Positions 19,371 to 28,023 of a DNA stretch of 52,496 nt are shown here, piece by piece. A program made the translations under genes and the position numbers. The stretch comes from Anaerolineales bacterium (GTDB lineage Bacteria > Chloroflexota > Anaerolineae > Anaerolineales > DRMV01), in contig JALUDX010000055.1 in the NCBI GenBank assembly GCA_027053355.1, positions 1 to 52,496 on the forward strand, in the 5' to 3' direction. Every line of letters begins with the position of its first letter. Within the stretch, counting starts at the first letter, position 1. The notes under the pieces were generated by a model. The model was not told the DNA's origin and ran no database searches. It was given only the letters and a program-made list of their open reading frames with translations.

Positions 19371-20170
19371 GGCAGGGAGAGCGTCCAGAAGAGGAAGGCC
19401 AGCACGGCACCGATCACGGAGGCCGTAAAGTTGACCAGGTCGTTGTCGAGCCAGCGCCAGCCGCGGCGCCATTGGGTGGCCGCGCCGCAGGTGTGGCGGG
19501 GGTGATGTTCGGTTTCTTTTTGGCAGCGGGGGCAGTAGTACATGGCCTGCACGGTTGCGCCGAGGAAGGAATCGGCCCAGGCGGCCAGCCATCCGCCTAA
19601 GGTGACGCCGAGCGCCACCCGCGGGTCGGCAGCAGCCCAGGCCGCGGCCAGGCCGATGAGCGCGGCGCCGGCGAGCGCGGCCGCGCTGCCCCACAGGGTC
19701 ACCCCGCCCGAGGTGCCCGCGGGCACAGTGCGGCCGGTGAGGATGTGCCGCGGCGCGTGGGGAGCGAGCACGCCCAGTTCGGTGGCCCAGGTGTCCGCGT
19801 TGACTGCGGCCAAAGCCCCGGCAAAGGCCACCCACCAGCCGGGGGACGGCCGCCAGGCAGAGAGGGCGGCGAACGCGGCGGCCAAGAGGCCGTTGGCCAG
19901 TACTTGTCCCGCGTCGCGGCGGCTGCCTTTGGCAAATTTTTCGCTCAGGCGGCTCTTGCGGCGGGCAAAGGCGTGCGAAAGCGCGCTGGAAGAGACGAAA
20001 AAGAGCAGCAGCAGCCCGGCCCACGTCCAGCCGCCCAGGCCAAACACCGCGCTCCCCACCAGCAGGGCAGCCCAAGCGCCGCTGGGAGCCAGGGCGCGAG
20101 CCCGGTAAGCGCCCCAGGCCACCGCGGCTGCGGCCAGGGCGCCCAGCGCAATTTGTGCCAGCGGGTTCAT
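19367..20170 (-). CDS. DUF92/TMEM19-family membrane protein
   Basis: Polytopic protein with GSRRDAGQVLANG ... NADTWATELG. It has a C-terminal CPRC...H.C insert. Its ATG overlaps the upstream stop (ATGA). Confidence 0.78.
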   Translation of the reverse strand: MNPLAQIALGALAAAAVAWGAYRARALAPSGAWAALLVGSAVFGLGGWTWAGLLLLFFVSSSALSHAFARRKSRLSEKFAKGSRRDAGQVLANGLLAAAFAALSAWRPSPGWWVAFAGALAAVNADTWATELGVLAPHAPRHILTGRTVPAGTSGGVTLWGSAAALAGAALIGLAAAWAAADPRVALGVTLGGWLAAWADSFLGATVQAMYYCPRCQKETEHHPRHTCGAATQWRRGWRWLDNDLVNFTASVIGAVLAFLFWTLSLP

Positions 20171-21063
20171 CCCTTCCCCCCTAACACCTGCCAGGCCGAA
20201 AGGAGGAAACCCACCGCGGCCAGCGCGCCGCCCAGCCAGACCAGGTAGGCCAAAGGGCGGCGGCGCGGGGAGGGGTAGGCAAACAGCCCTAAACCCAGGT
20301 TCATCCCCTGGAGCATCCAGGCGGTGATGGCGAGCCAGACGGCCTGGTTGAGGGCCGCGGGGGTGGCGTGGCCCAGACCCGGCAGCGCGCTGCCCGAGGC
20401 CGCCAAATTGACCCCCACCAGCATGGCCACGGTGAGCAGCCAGGCGGTCAGCAGCAGCCCTTTGGCCAAGGGGTCGCGCCAGATGGTTTGCAGCCAGTGG
20501 GCGGGGCTTTGCGAGCGGGCGGTGATTTTTTCCAGGCTGACCGCTTCTGCCGCCCGCTGGATGGCGCGCGTCAAGGCTTCGGGCTCGGCTGGGGAAAGCA
20601 CGAACCAGCGGGTTTCGGTGGCTACGACCACGAAGGGCGCTTCAGCCGCCATGAATTCGGCCTCTGTGCCGTCGGGCAGGCGACGGCGGCCGGTGATTTT
20701 GCCCGGCCAGCGCCAGCGCGGCAGGGGCAGCGGGGCGTCTAAAGCCGCGGCGGGGCGGGCCCACAGCACCTGGTTCATGGGGATCTCTTCCAGCCGCCAG
20801 CCCCATTGCAAGGCCAGGCGGTTGCGGTCGACCCGATATTCGGCGCGGCGCAGCGCGTACAGGCCGTACAGCAGAAAGGGCACCGGCAGGCTCAGCGCCA
20901 CCGCGGCCAGCAGGTAGAGCAAAAAGGTCTGCCCCACGGGAAGGCGCGCGGCCTGCCAGTAGAGCGCGAGGGCGGCTATCGTGAAGCCCAGTGCGGCCAG
21001 TCCTTGAACGAGCACCCCTCGGCGGCGAGGGGGAGCGAAGATTTGTGCCTCAGGGGTTTTCAT
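20167..21063 (-). CDS. membrane protein with bacterial PH (YdbT/bPH_2-like) domain
   Basis: RRAEYRVDRNRLALQWGWRLEEIPMNQVLWARP lies between TM segments. ATG 21063 has GGAG 6 nt upstream, and a TATAAT on the minus strand sits at 21110-21115. Confidence 0.55.
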   Translation of the reverse strand: MKTPEAQIFAPPRRRGVLVQGLAALGFTIAALALYWQAARLPVGQTFLLYLLAAVALSLPVPFLLYGLYALRRAEYRVDRNRLALQWGWRLEEIPMNQVLWARPAAALDAPLPLPRWRWPGKITGRRRLPDGTEAEFMAAEAPFVVVATETRWFVLSPAEPEALTRAIQRAAEAVSLEKITARSQSPAHWLQTIWRDPLAKGLLLTAWLLTVAMLVGVNLAASGSALPGLGHATPAALNQAVWLAITAWMLQGMNLGLGLFAYPSPRRRPLAYLVWLGGALAAVGFLLSAWQVLGGKG

Positions 21064-21596
21064 GGATGCTCCAGCGGCCTGGATGGCCTGAAAGTGAGGC
21101 GATAACCCCATTATAACTTGGAATGGGGTTTTGGCGCGCGGTAGGATGGATAGGCTCGGGAGGTGCTGCGGGTAACCTTGGCGTGCTCTGCACCGTACCT
21201 TCTGGATGCCAACTTAGCCTTTCGCCCAGCCAAAGACGCCTTTCAGTGGGCGGCGCACCACTTCAATCTCCCCACGTTGGTAGCGCATAATCTGCACAGA
21301 TATGGGGTTTAGGCTCTCCGGCAATGCCTCGGTCACCTGGGAGGTTGATCTCTGCCTACCCGCTCCGGCGAGACCTTGCTTTCGCTCAGCCCGTCGGAGC
21401 CGCCCCCTTCCCTTCCTTAGTTGCACTTAAATTGTGATGACCATCCAAGGGCTGCAGCCTGAGCCGGTCTCCCTTTGGGAAAGGGGCTGGGGCTTGCGCT
21501 GAGCAAAGCCGACGGCCGAGCGAGGCTCATCGGAGAATGGGTGAGATCCGGCTACAAGTAGGGCTGATCGCGCTTTCCGGATTACCAAGATCGTGT

Positions 21597-21793
21597 GTAA
21601 CTATTCAGCCACAAGGGAATAGACCACGGATAGCACGGATTTTTAGGTCGCCAAGGTTGCCAAGATGACGCCAAGACCGCCAAGAAGTGAGGGCGAGCGT
21701 GGGCTTTTTAGTGTTTTTCGCCCAATCTGTGCTCGTCTGTGGATATCTTTCTGCGTAATCTGTGGTTTCTTCTTGCCAAGGCTGAATAGTTAC
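21597..21793 (-). mobile_element. MITE, GTAACNGTTCAGCC-TIR family (copy A3)
   Basis: Perfect 14-bp TIRs GTAACTATTCAGCC / GGCTGAATAGTTAC. The 8-bp flanking repeats are GATCGTGT (21589-21596) and GATCTTGT (21794-21801), a 7/8 match. Confidence 0.8.
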
Positions 21794-21898
21794 GATCTTG
21801 TTTGAAAATGCATTGGGCAGTGGTGAAGCGTCCCCGCGCCCTTTTTTGGAGCATGGCAGTGCGTGGTCTAAAAGGTTTGAGGGCGTACCGTGCCACCT

Positions 21899-22864
21899 TT
21901 ACGCCGCCGCAGCGAGGGTCTGCGCGTAGTCGGTGGCAAACAGGGCGGGTGTACCGCCGGTGTGCCAGAAGAGCACGGTCTCTTGGGGCGCGAAATCACC
22001 CTGCGCGGCCAGATCCAGCAGCGCCGCGGCCGCCCTTCCCGTGTACACTGGGTCGAGGAAAAGCCCCTCCGCTCGCGCGAAGCGCAAAATGGCGTTGATT
22101 TCCGCGTCGGTCACCACGCCATAGCCTGCCTTGGCGTAAGCGTCGCGGACGAAAATCTCGGTGTCGCGGAAGGTTGTTGGCGTGCCCAAAAGCGCGGCGG
22201 TTTGCGAAGCCAGGACGGCTACCTGCTCCCGCAGGGTCGGTGCCGGTTCTTGAATGCTGATGCCCAAAATGCGGCCCCGAAAGCCCAAAAGCCGCGCCCC
22301 GGCTACCAGCCCCGCCTGGGTGCCGCCCGAAGAAGAGGCAAAGACAATGGTGTCGGGGGTGACCCCCTGCGAGAGCAGTTCTTCCAGCGCGTAAGCGTAG
22401 GCCGCGGCGCCCAAAGGGCTGGAGCCGCCGTAGGGAATGCGATACGGCCGTCGGCCTTGTGCGGCTTCTTCAGCCACTGCTTGCGCCAATGCCTGGGCAC
22501 GGGCTTTGGGCGCTGCCCAGGTCACCCGCGCGCCCAGCAGTCCATCCAACAATAGATTGCCCGAGGGCCGGCGCGGCGTGGTCAGCACCAGGTGGCAGCC
22601 CAACCCTAATTTGGCTGCCGCGCCCGCGGTCTGCCGGCAATGGTTCGACTGGGCGGCGCCGGTGGTTACCACCATGTCGGCCCCCTGCGCTTGCGCATCG
22701 GCCAGCAGGTATTCCAACTTCCGCACTTTGTTGCCGCCAAAAGCCAAACCGGTCAGGTCGTCGCGCTTCACCAGCAGGGTGAAGCCCAGTTCCTCGCTCA
22801 ACCGGGGCAAAGGCTGCACCGGCGTAGGCAAGGCGGCTAAGGGGATTCGGGGTAACGCTTTCAT
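21899..22864 (-). CDS. PLP-dependent D-cysteine desulfhydrase / ACC deaminase family protein
   Basis: LLVKRDDLTGLAFGGNKVRKLEYLL (PLP lysine) and SSGGTQAG. ATG 22864 is preferred over the upstream ORF extension. Confidence 0.87.
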   Translation of the reverse strand: MKALPRIPLAALPTPVQPLPRLSEELGFTLLVKRDDLTGLAFGGNKVRKLEYLLADAQAQGADMVVTTGAAQSNHCRQTAGAAAKLGLGCHLVLTTPRRPSGNLLLDGLLGARVTWAAPKARAQALAQAVAEEAAQGRRPYRIPYGGSSPLGAAAYAYALEELLSQGVTPDTIVFASSSGGTQAGLVAGARLLGFRGRILGISIQEPAPTLREQVAVLASQTAALLGTPTTFRDTEIFVRDAYAKAGYGVVTDAEINAILRFARAEGLFLDPVYTGRAAAALLDLAAQGDFAPQETVLFWHTGGTPALFATDYAQTLAAAA

Positions 22865-22941
22865 CACACGGCCTCCTTGAAGGCAGAGGAAGAGGAACGG
22901 CCAAAACGAGAAACTCGTAAGCCCGGGCACGAGGGCCCTTA

Positions 22942-22950
22942 TGGTATGAT
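22942..22950 (+). promoter_or_regulatory. extended -10 element TGGTATGAT upstream of gap
   Basis: TGnTATGAT 55 nt before ATG 23005, in the divergent intergenic region. Confidence 0.4.
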
Positions 22951-23004
22951 TAAGCCGTAACGCACAACCGGCAGCATAACCCACCCCGTGACGGAGGTTC
23001 ACAA

Positions 23005-24033
23005 ATGACGGTACGCATCGGCATCAACGGCTTCGGCCGCATCGGGCGGCAGGTGCTCAAGGCCATCATGGAGCGCCACGGCGACGCGTTGGAAGTGGTG
23101 GCCATCAACGACCTGTTTTCGCCGGAAATGAACGCCTATCTCTTCGCCCACGACTCCAACTACGGCCATTTCGACGGCACGGTAGAGGTGGTCGGCGGCG
23201 ACCTGCTGATCAACGGCCAGCACATCAAGGTGTTTTCGGAGCGCGACCCGCGCAAACTGCCCTGGAAAGACCTGGGCGTGGACATCGTGGTGGAATCCAC
23301 CGGCGTGTTTCGCGACGCGGCCACGGACCCCGGCGCCCGTTCTCACATCGAGCACGGCGGCGCGAAAAAGGTCATCATCTCTGCTCCGGCCAAAAACGAA
23401 GACCTCACCGTGGTGTTGGGCGTGAACGACCACCTGTACGACCCGGCCAAACATCATGTGGTTTCGAACGCTTCGTGCACCACGAACTGCCTGGCACCCG
23501 TCGCCAAGGTGATCAACGACCAGTTCGGCATCATCAAAGGGCTGATGACCACGGTGCATTCCTACACCAACGACCAGCGCATCTTAGACCTGGCGCATCC
23601 CAAAGACTTTCGGCGGGCGCGCGCTGCGGGCATCAATATCATCCCCACCACCACCGGCGCGGCCAAAGCCTTGGGGAAAGTGGTGCCCGAATTGCAGGGC
23701 AAATTCGACGCCATGTCTATTCGCGTGCCCACTTCTACCGTCTCGCTCATCGACTTCGTAGCCGAAGTGGAGCAGGAAGTCACTGTCGAAGCCATCAACC
23801 AGGCCCTCAAGGCCGCCAGCGAAACCGGGCCGATGAAGGGTATCTTGGGCTTTTCCACCGAGCCGCTGGTTTCTTCCGATTACAAAGGCGACCCGCGTTC
23901 CTCTATTGTGGATGCGGCGAACACCAAAGTCATCGGCGGCCACCTGATCAAAGTGCTCTCCTGGTACGACAACGAATGGGGTTACTCGTGCCGGGTGGCC
24001 GACCTGGCAGCCAAAATGGCGGCCAGCCTGTAA
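23005..24033 (+). CDS. gap: type I glyceraldehyde-3-phosphate dehydrogenase
   Basis: Motifs [21 protein letters not shown] and [20 protein letters not shown]. Confidence 0.97.
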   Translation: MTVRIGINGFGRIGRQVLKAIMERHGDALEVVAINDLFSPEMNAYLFAHDSNYGHFDGTVEVVGGDLLINGQHIKVFSERDPRKLPWKDLGVDIVVESTGVFRDAATDPGARSHIEHGGAKKVIISAPAKNEDLTVVLGVNDHLYDPAKHHVVSNASCTTNCLAPVAKVINDQFGIIKGLMTTVHSYTNDQRILDLAHPKDFRRARAAGINIIPTTTGAAKALGKVVPELQGKFDAMSIRVPTSTVSLIDFVAEVEQEVTVEAINQALKAASETGPMKGILGFSTEPLVSSDYKGDPRSSIVDAANTKVIGGHLIKVLSWYDNEWGYSCRVADLAAKMAASL

Positions 24034-24060
24034 CCGACCCGCCCCCGCACCGAGATAGCG

Positions 24061-24098
24061 CGCCGCAGAGGCCCTGGCTTCTGCGGCGTTTCGTATCT
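24061..24098 (+). terminator. candidate intrinsic terminator after gap
   Basis: A 9-bp stem CGCCGCAGA / TCTGCGGCG with a 10-nt loop and a TTTCGTATCT tail. The tail is partly formed by the A4 insertion. Confidence 0.45.
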
Positions 24099-24215
24099 GT
24101 GCAGCCTCGGCAAAGAGAAACCGCAGATTGCGCAGAAAAACATCCATAGATTGGCACAGATTGGGCAAAACTTGGCGACCTAAAAATCCGCCGTTTCCCA
24201 AGGGCTGAATGGCAC
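24093..24215 (+). mobile_element. short MITE, GTAACNGTTCAGCC-TIR family (copy A4, degenerate)
   Basis: Ends are GTATCTGTGCAGCC and GGCTGAATGGCAC. The 8-bp flanks are GGCGTTTC (24085-24092) and GGCGTTCC (24216-24223), a 7/8 match. Confidence 0.7.
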
Positions 24216-24224
24216 GGCGTTCCT

Positions 24225-25019
24225 TTAACGAGGAAGGGGGAATGCCCGGCGGGTCCGAGGGCGGAGAGCCGGCCAACGTCGGGGCTGCTTTGCGGCAAAG
24301 GCCCTCCACAACGGCCGCCACAGGTCGAAGCCGCCATGGCCGGTGACGCCGATGTCTGCTGCGTGTTCCCGATCAGTCCAGACGCTGATTTGCCCTATGC
24401 CGGGGTGCTGCGGGTCATAAAGTAGCACTTCGCGCACCACGTACACCCCTTCGGCGGCCAGGTTGAGATTGGTCACCGCGTAGGCCCGCCCCTGCTCGTC
24501 CACCCGGTCGACCACCAAAACGTGCTCAAATGTGTCCCAGCGGCCGGCATACAGATAAAGCACGTCGCCCGGTGCCAAGGGGAATGCCCGAAAGTCGAAT
24601 TGATCCAACGGCTGAGAGAAGTGTGAATGACAAAAACGTGTAGGCGGCAACACGCGGCGGATGACGTGACCTTCGACTCGGGGGTTGAGCAGCCAAAACG
24701 CGCGTAGAGGGGTGGTGGGGGGAACCAGCCCCGCGGTGCGCAAGATGGCCAAGGCCAAGGGCCCGCACATGTTCGAAGGGGAAGGGAAGCGGGTAAACCC
24801 CAAGCGGTGAGCCAATCGGTCGGCCTTGGCGGGCGTGTCTGCGATGTAGGCTCGCGCCGCGGCCTGCAGCCGCGCTTGCCAGACCGGGGGCGGCATCTGC
24901 CAGGGGACGTCGCGGCAATCGGGGTAAGAGGTGGCCTCGTCCGCAGCCGCCGATGTCCGCGCGTTCACCATAGCCCCCAACAATATCAAGGGGAGGAGGA
25001 ACACCCAAACGCGGCGCAT
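24225..25019 (-). CDS. secreted hypothetical protein (possible papain/NlpC-P60-like Cys-His pattern)
   Basis: Signal peptide MRRVWVFLLPLILLGAMVNARTSAA. NMCGPLA ... GDVLYLY ... FEHVLVV loosely resembles Cys-peptidase spacing. Confidence 0.6.
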   Translation of the reverse strand: MRRVWVFLLPLILLGAMVNARTSAAADEATSYPDCRDVPWQMPPPVWQARLQAAARAYIADTPAKADRLAHRLGFTRFPSPSNMCGPLALAILRTAGLVPPTTPLRAFWLLNPRVEGHVIRRVLPPTRFCHSHFSQPLDQFDFRAFPLAPGDVLYLYAGRWDTFEHVLVVDRVDEQGRAYAVTNLNLAAEGVYVVREVLLYDPQHPGIGQISVWTDREHAADIGVTGHGGFDLWRPLWRAFAAKQPRRWPALRPRTRRAFPLPR

Positions 25020-25025
25020 AGCGCC

Positions 25026-25034
25026 ATTCTACCA
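25026..25034 (-). promoter_or_regulatory. extended -10 element TGGTAGAAT, 6 nt from ATG (leaderless mRNA candidate)
   Basis: The minus strand reads TGgTAGAAT-GGCGCT-ATG. No SD is possible in this spacing. Confidence 0.4.
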
Positions 25035-25055
25035 CTTGCACGTCAGCCGCGACCT

Positions 25056-25380
25056 GTAGGGGCGACTGGCCAGTCGCCCCTACGAAAGCCCCGCGGTGTT
25101 TTGGAGCAGCGCGAGGGAAACACAGAAACCCCAGAAAGGCCACAGAAAACGCAGAAGGCGGCAAGGCAGGCGCGAGGCAGCGCCTTACCCGCTTTTGGGG
25201 TGCGGCGCTCCTGTAGGGGCGAACGGCCGTTCGCCCCTACGAAAATGCCATGCCCGCGCGCATGATTGTAGGGGCACAGCGCCGCAGTGCCCCTATGCCC
25301 CGCGGCGTTTGGGAGCAGCGCGAGGGAAACACAGAAGCCACAGAAAGGCCACAGAAAACGCAGAAGGCGGCAGGGGTAGG
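25056..25380. repeat. about 210-nt tandem direct repeat carrying GTAGGGGCG...CGCCCCTAC hairpins and CACAGAA modules
   Basis: Perfect 28-nt palindromes at 25056-25083 and 25213-25240, with an imperfect one at 25268-25296. Units 25088-25170 and 25297-25380 are near-identical. Confidence 0.8.
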
Positions 25381-25425
25381 GCTGGCTTGCCGAGCCGCCC
25401 CACAAAAGTCGCCGCACACCCAAAG

Positions 25426-25454
25426 TTGCATTTTCGTGGCCTTTAGTTTATAAT
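25426..25454 (+). promoter_or_regulatory. sigma-70-like promoter TTGCAT-17-TATAAT for the fur-family operon
   Basis: TTGCAT (25426-25431), a 17-nt spacer, then TATAAT (25449-25454). The 11-bp palindrome GATAGACTATC (25468-25478) lies just downstream. Confidence 0.55.
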
Positions 25455-25485
25455 GCCTCTAACTTTGGATAGACTATCAACAAGG

Positions 25486-25671
25486 GCAACCGTTCAGCCT
25501 GGAGAAAATCAGACGCGGATGAACGCGGATGGCAACAAATTCCTGCAGATTTTTGAGACGCCCAGAAGTGAGCGTGGCGCTTTTCAGCGCCGTTCGTTCA
25601 ATCTGTGAGATCTGTAGATGCCCCTCCGCTGCGTAATCTGTGGTTTCTCCATGCCGCGGCTGAACCGTTAC
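25486..25671 (-). mobile_element. MITE, GTAACNGTTCAGCC-TIR family (copy A5), inside the fur-family 5' UTR
   Basis: Ends are GCAACCGTTCAGCC and GGCTGAACCGTTAC. The perfect 8-bp duplication CAACAAGG sits at 25478-25485 and 25672-25679. Confidence 0.8.
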
Positions 25672-25686
25672 CAACAAGGAGCCCCT

Positions 25687-26157
25687 GTGCTTACAGATGC
25701 GCGCACCTCCCCTTCGGCAGAGCGCCTCGTCCGGGCATTGCGTCAGGCCGGTCTACGCCTGACGCCTCAGCGGCTGGCGATTTGCCGCTATCTGGCCGAG
25801 ACCCCTTCCCACCCGACTGCGCAAGAAATTTACCGGGCGCTCAAGCCAGAATACCCCTCGTTGAGCCTGGCCACGGTGTACAATGCCTTGGAAACTTTGG
25901 TTTCGCTGGGGGCGATCTACGCATTGGGCGACGCAGGCGACGACGCCACCCACTACGACGCCAACACCGAGCCGCATCTCAACCTGGTTTGCGTGCGCTG
26001 TCACCGCATCGTGGATTTGCCTCACCAGGCGATCACCCAACTGGAACAAGAGGCCGAGGCCCAAAGTGGCTACCGCATTTTGGGCGCGCGGCTGGTGTAT
26101 TACGGTCTCTGCCCCGACTGCCAGCGGCAAGCCGCTTCCGCCACCAACGCAGGGTAA
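25687..26157 (+). CDS. Fur-family transcriptional regulator (PerR/Zur/Fur type undetermined)
   Basis: Winged helix (LRLTPQRLAICRYL), HYDANTEPHLNLVCVRCHRIVD and YYGLCPDC CxxC pairs. GTG start with an AAGGAG RBS. Confidence 0.87.
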   Translation: MLTDARTSPSAERLVRALRQAGLRLTPQRLAICRYLAETPSHPTAQEIYRALKPEYPSLSLATVYNALETLVSLGAIYALGDAGDDATHYDANTEPHLNLVCVRCHRIVDLPHQAITQLEQEAEAQSGYRILGARLVYYGLCPDCQRQAASATNAG

Positions 26158-26160
26158 CCC

Positions 26161-26685
26161 ATGTCCAAACCCCCTTCGCCGCCGGATCTGCGGTGTACTG
26201 ACGTCCTGGCCGATGCCCTTATCGGGCACGAAGGCGCGCTGGCCGCGCGGCTGGATTACCGCCGCGCGGTGCTGGAATTGGTGTATGACCCGCGGCTGCT
26301 CGACCACGACCAGGCCGCGCGTTGGGCGCAAGAGGCAGGCCGGCGGGTGTGGGAGCAAGTGCAGCAATGCCCCTTGGCCGGTACCGGCTTCTGCCACCCC
26401 TGCGTTACGAAGATGAGGGAGGAACTGACCACCTTTTTCGGCCACCCGCCCCGTGTGGTATTGGAGGGTGAGGTGTTGAGCGTGCGGTTGCCGCGGCGAG
26501 CCGACACTACGGCGCGGGTCGTGGCCAAAATCGCCGCTGCCCCGGCTTCGGCCGCCCGACCGCATCCCACCCACCCCAGCCACCCCAGCCGCAAGGCCGC
26601 CCTCGCCGCAGGCGCGCTTTTCCTCTTCCTCTTGCTTACCCTTTTTGCCTTGCTGTGGCTGGCCTCACCCCACGCCTTCGCGTGA
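26161..26685 (+). CDS. hypothetical Cys-containing, C-terminally membrane-anchored protein
   Basis: The ATG lies 3 nt after the fur-family stop. It has CPLAGTGFCHPC, a Pro/His/Ser linker and a TM helix AALAAGALFLFLLLTLFALLWL. Confidence 0.55.
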   Translation: MSKPPSPPDLRCTDVLADALIGHEGALAARLDYRRAVLELVYDPRLLDHDQAARWAQEAGRRVWEQVQQCPLAGTGFCHPCVTKMREELTTFFGHPPRVVLEGEVLSVRLPRRADTTARVVAKIAAAPASAARPHPTHPSHPSRKAALAAGALFLFLLLTLFALLWLASPHAFA

Positions 26686-26753
26686 GGGCGAGCCCCAGCC
26701 GGAAGAAGCCGGCCGGGGACTTTCAACCCAGCGGGGCGCAAAGTAGTCTGTAG

Positions 26754-26950
26754 GTAACTGTTCAGCCTTGGGAAAATAGGCCGCGGATGAACGCGGATCA
26801 TTACGGATAGCCGCGGATTAAGCGTGTCGTAGGACGGGACGCCAATCCCGCCCAGCCCAAGGGAGGCAAGACAGTATGCCGCCAACAAAGGCGCGCAAAG
26901 CAAAGTAAGATACTGTGTCTTCTGTGTTTTTTTGTTTGCGCTGAACAGTA
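26754..26950 (-). mobile_element. mosaic MITE (D-type interior)
   Basis: GTAACTGTTCAGCC ... GCGCTGAACAGTA with GCGGAT and CACAGAAGACACAG modules. It abuts a GTAGG hairpin on both sides. Confidence 0.7.
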
Positions 26951-26976
26951 GGGGCGCAGCGCCGCTGCGCCCCTAC
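26948..26976. repeat. GTAGGGGCG...CGCCCCTAC hairpin
   Basis: The 29-nt palindrome GTAGGGGCGCAGCGCCGCTGCGCCCCTAC belongs to the same family as 25056 and 25213. Confidence 0.8.
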
Positions 26977-27261
26977 ACACGCCAAACATGATGAAGAGCG
27001 CCAAGAAGGTGAGCGCCCCGCTGGCCGCCCCTGCAAGCCCACAAATTTAGAATTGACAAACCAGTAGGGGCGAGGTGCCCCAGCCTCCCACCCAAGCAAC
27101 AAAGTAACCAGCCAGCCAAGTAACCCACCTCGCCTGCACACTCTGCAGTTTTTCCCTTGTCCAGTTTATCGAGGGGGTCAGGCCGCTCCTTCTCTCCTTC
27201 TGGAGGCGTTTGGTTCTCGCGGCAGGATGCGGTACAATGGAAGCATCCCACCCCAGGAGCC

Positions 27262-28002
27262 ATGATGCCGCCTGTTGTCCTCTTTGCCACCTGCATCGCC
27301 GGGACTTTTCGGAAGAGCATCGCCGACGCGGCCGAGGCCGTGTTGCGCCGCGCGGGTGCGGAAGTGGTGCGGCCCGAGGGCCTCACTTGCTGCGGTCAGC
27401 CCGCGTTCAACGCCGGCGATTGGGAAGACGCCCGCCGCATGGCCCGCCACACCATCCGCACGTTGGCGCCCTATGGCGACGCGCCGGTGGTGCTGCCCGC
27501 GGGCTCGTGCACCGCGATGATTCGCCGCCATTACGCCGACCTCTTCGCTACAGACCCGGCCTGGCTGCCCCGCGCCCAGGCCCTGGCCGCCCGCACTTAC
27601 GAATTCACCGAGTTCCTGGTCGACGTCTTGCACCTCACCGACCTGGGCGTCACCTTCCCCTATCGGGTGACCTACCACCCTTCCTGCCACCTGTTGCGCA
27701 GTTTGGGCATCGACCGCCAGCCCCGCGCCCTCATCGCCGCGCTGCAGCAGGCCGAGTTCGTCGAACTGCCCCACGCGGACGAGTGCTGCGGCTTCGGCGG
27801 CGTGTTTTCCGCCGAATTTCCCGAAATTTCCCAGGCTATGCTGGAACGCAAAGTCGCCAACATCGCCGCCACCCAGGCAGATTTTTGCCTCACCGCCGAC
27901 CCCAGTTGCCTGCTTCACATCCAGGGCGGGCTCGACAAAGCCGGCGTGCCCACCCGGATGCTTCACATCGCCGAAGCCCTGACCCTAAACGATCAGCCCT
28001 GA
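27262..28002 (+). CDS. lutA: (Fe-S)-binding lactate utilisation protein LutA (YkgE family)
   Basis: Two CCG motifs, LTCCGQPAFNAG and ECCGFGGVF. AGGAG RBS before ATG 27262. Confidence 0.9.
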   Translation: MMPPVVLFATCIAGTFRKSIADAAEAVLRRAGAEVVRPEGLTCCGQPAFNAGDWEDARRMARHTIRTLAPYGDAPVVLPAGSCTAMIRRHYADLFATDPAWLPRAQALAARTYEFTEFLVDVLHLTDLGVTFPYRVTYHPSCHLLRSLGIDRQPRALIAALQQAEFVELPHADECCGFGGVFSAEFPEISQAMLERKVANIAATQADFCLTADPSCLLHIQGGLDKAGVPTRMLHIAEALTLNDQP

Positions 28003-28023
28003 CCACCCCAATCCCCCCACCCG

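Noticed and set aside
21214-21426. The 70-aa ORF as a real gene, and a group II intron, RNase P or tmRNA in 21112-21596.
   Set aside because: The N-terminal half is Arg/Gly low complexity with no RBS. I could not find the conserved cores: GGAAAGTCCGG-type P4, the tmRNA tag/acceptor end, or a domain V hairpin. The region is kept only as a low-interest unexplained gap.
21738-21746. DnaA-box-like sequences (TGTGGATAT here; ATCCACAG and TGTGGATC variants in other A-type MITEs), considered as a possible oriC given the nearby parS sites.
   Set aside because: Each is a single, imperfect box that belongs to the MITE consensus. They are scattered over 50 kb rather than clustered beside an AT-rich unwinding element.
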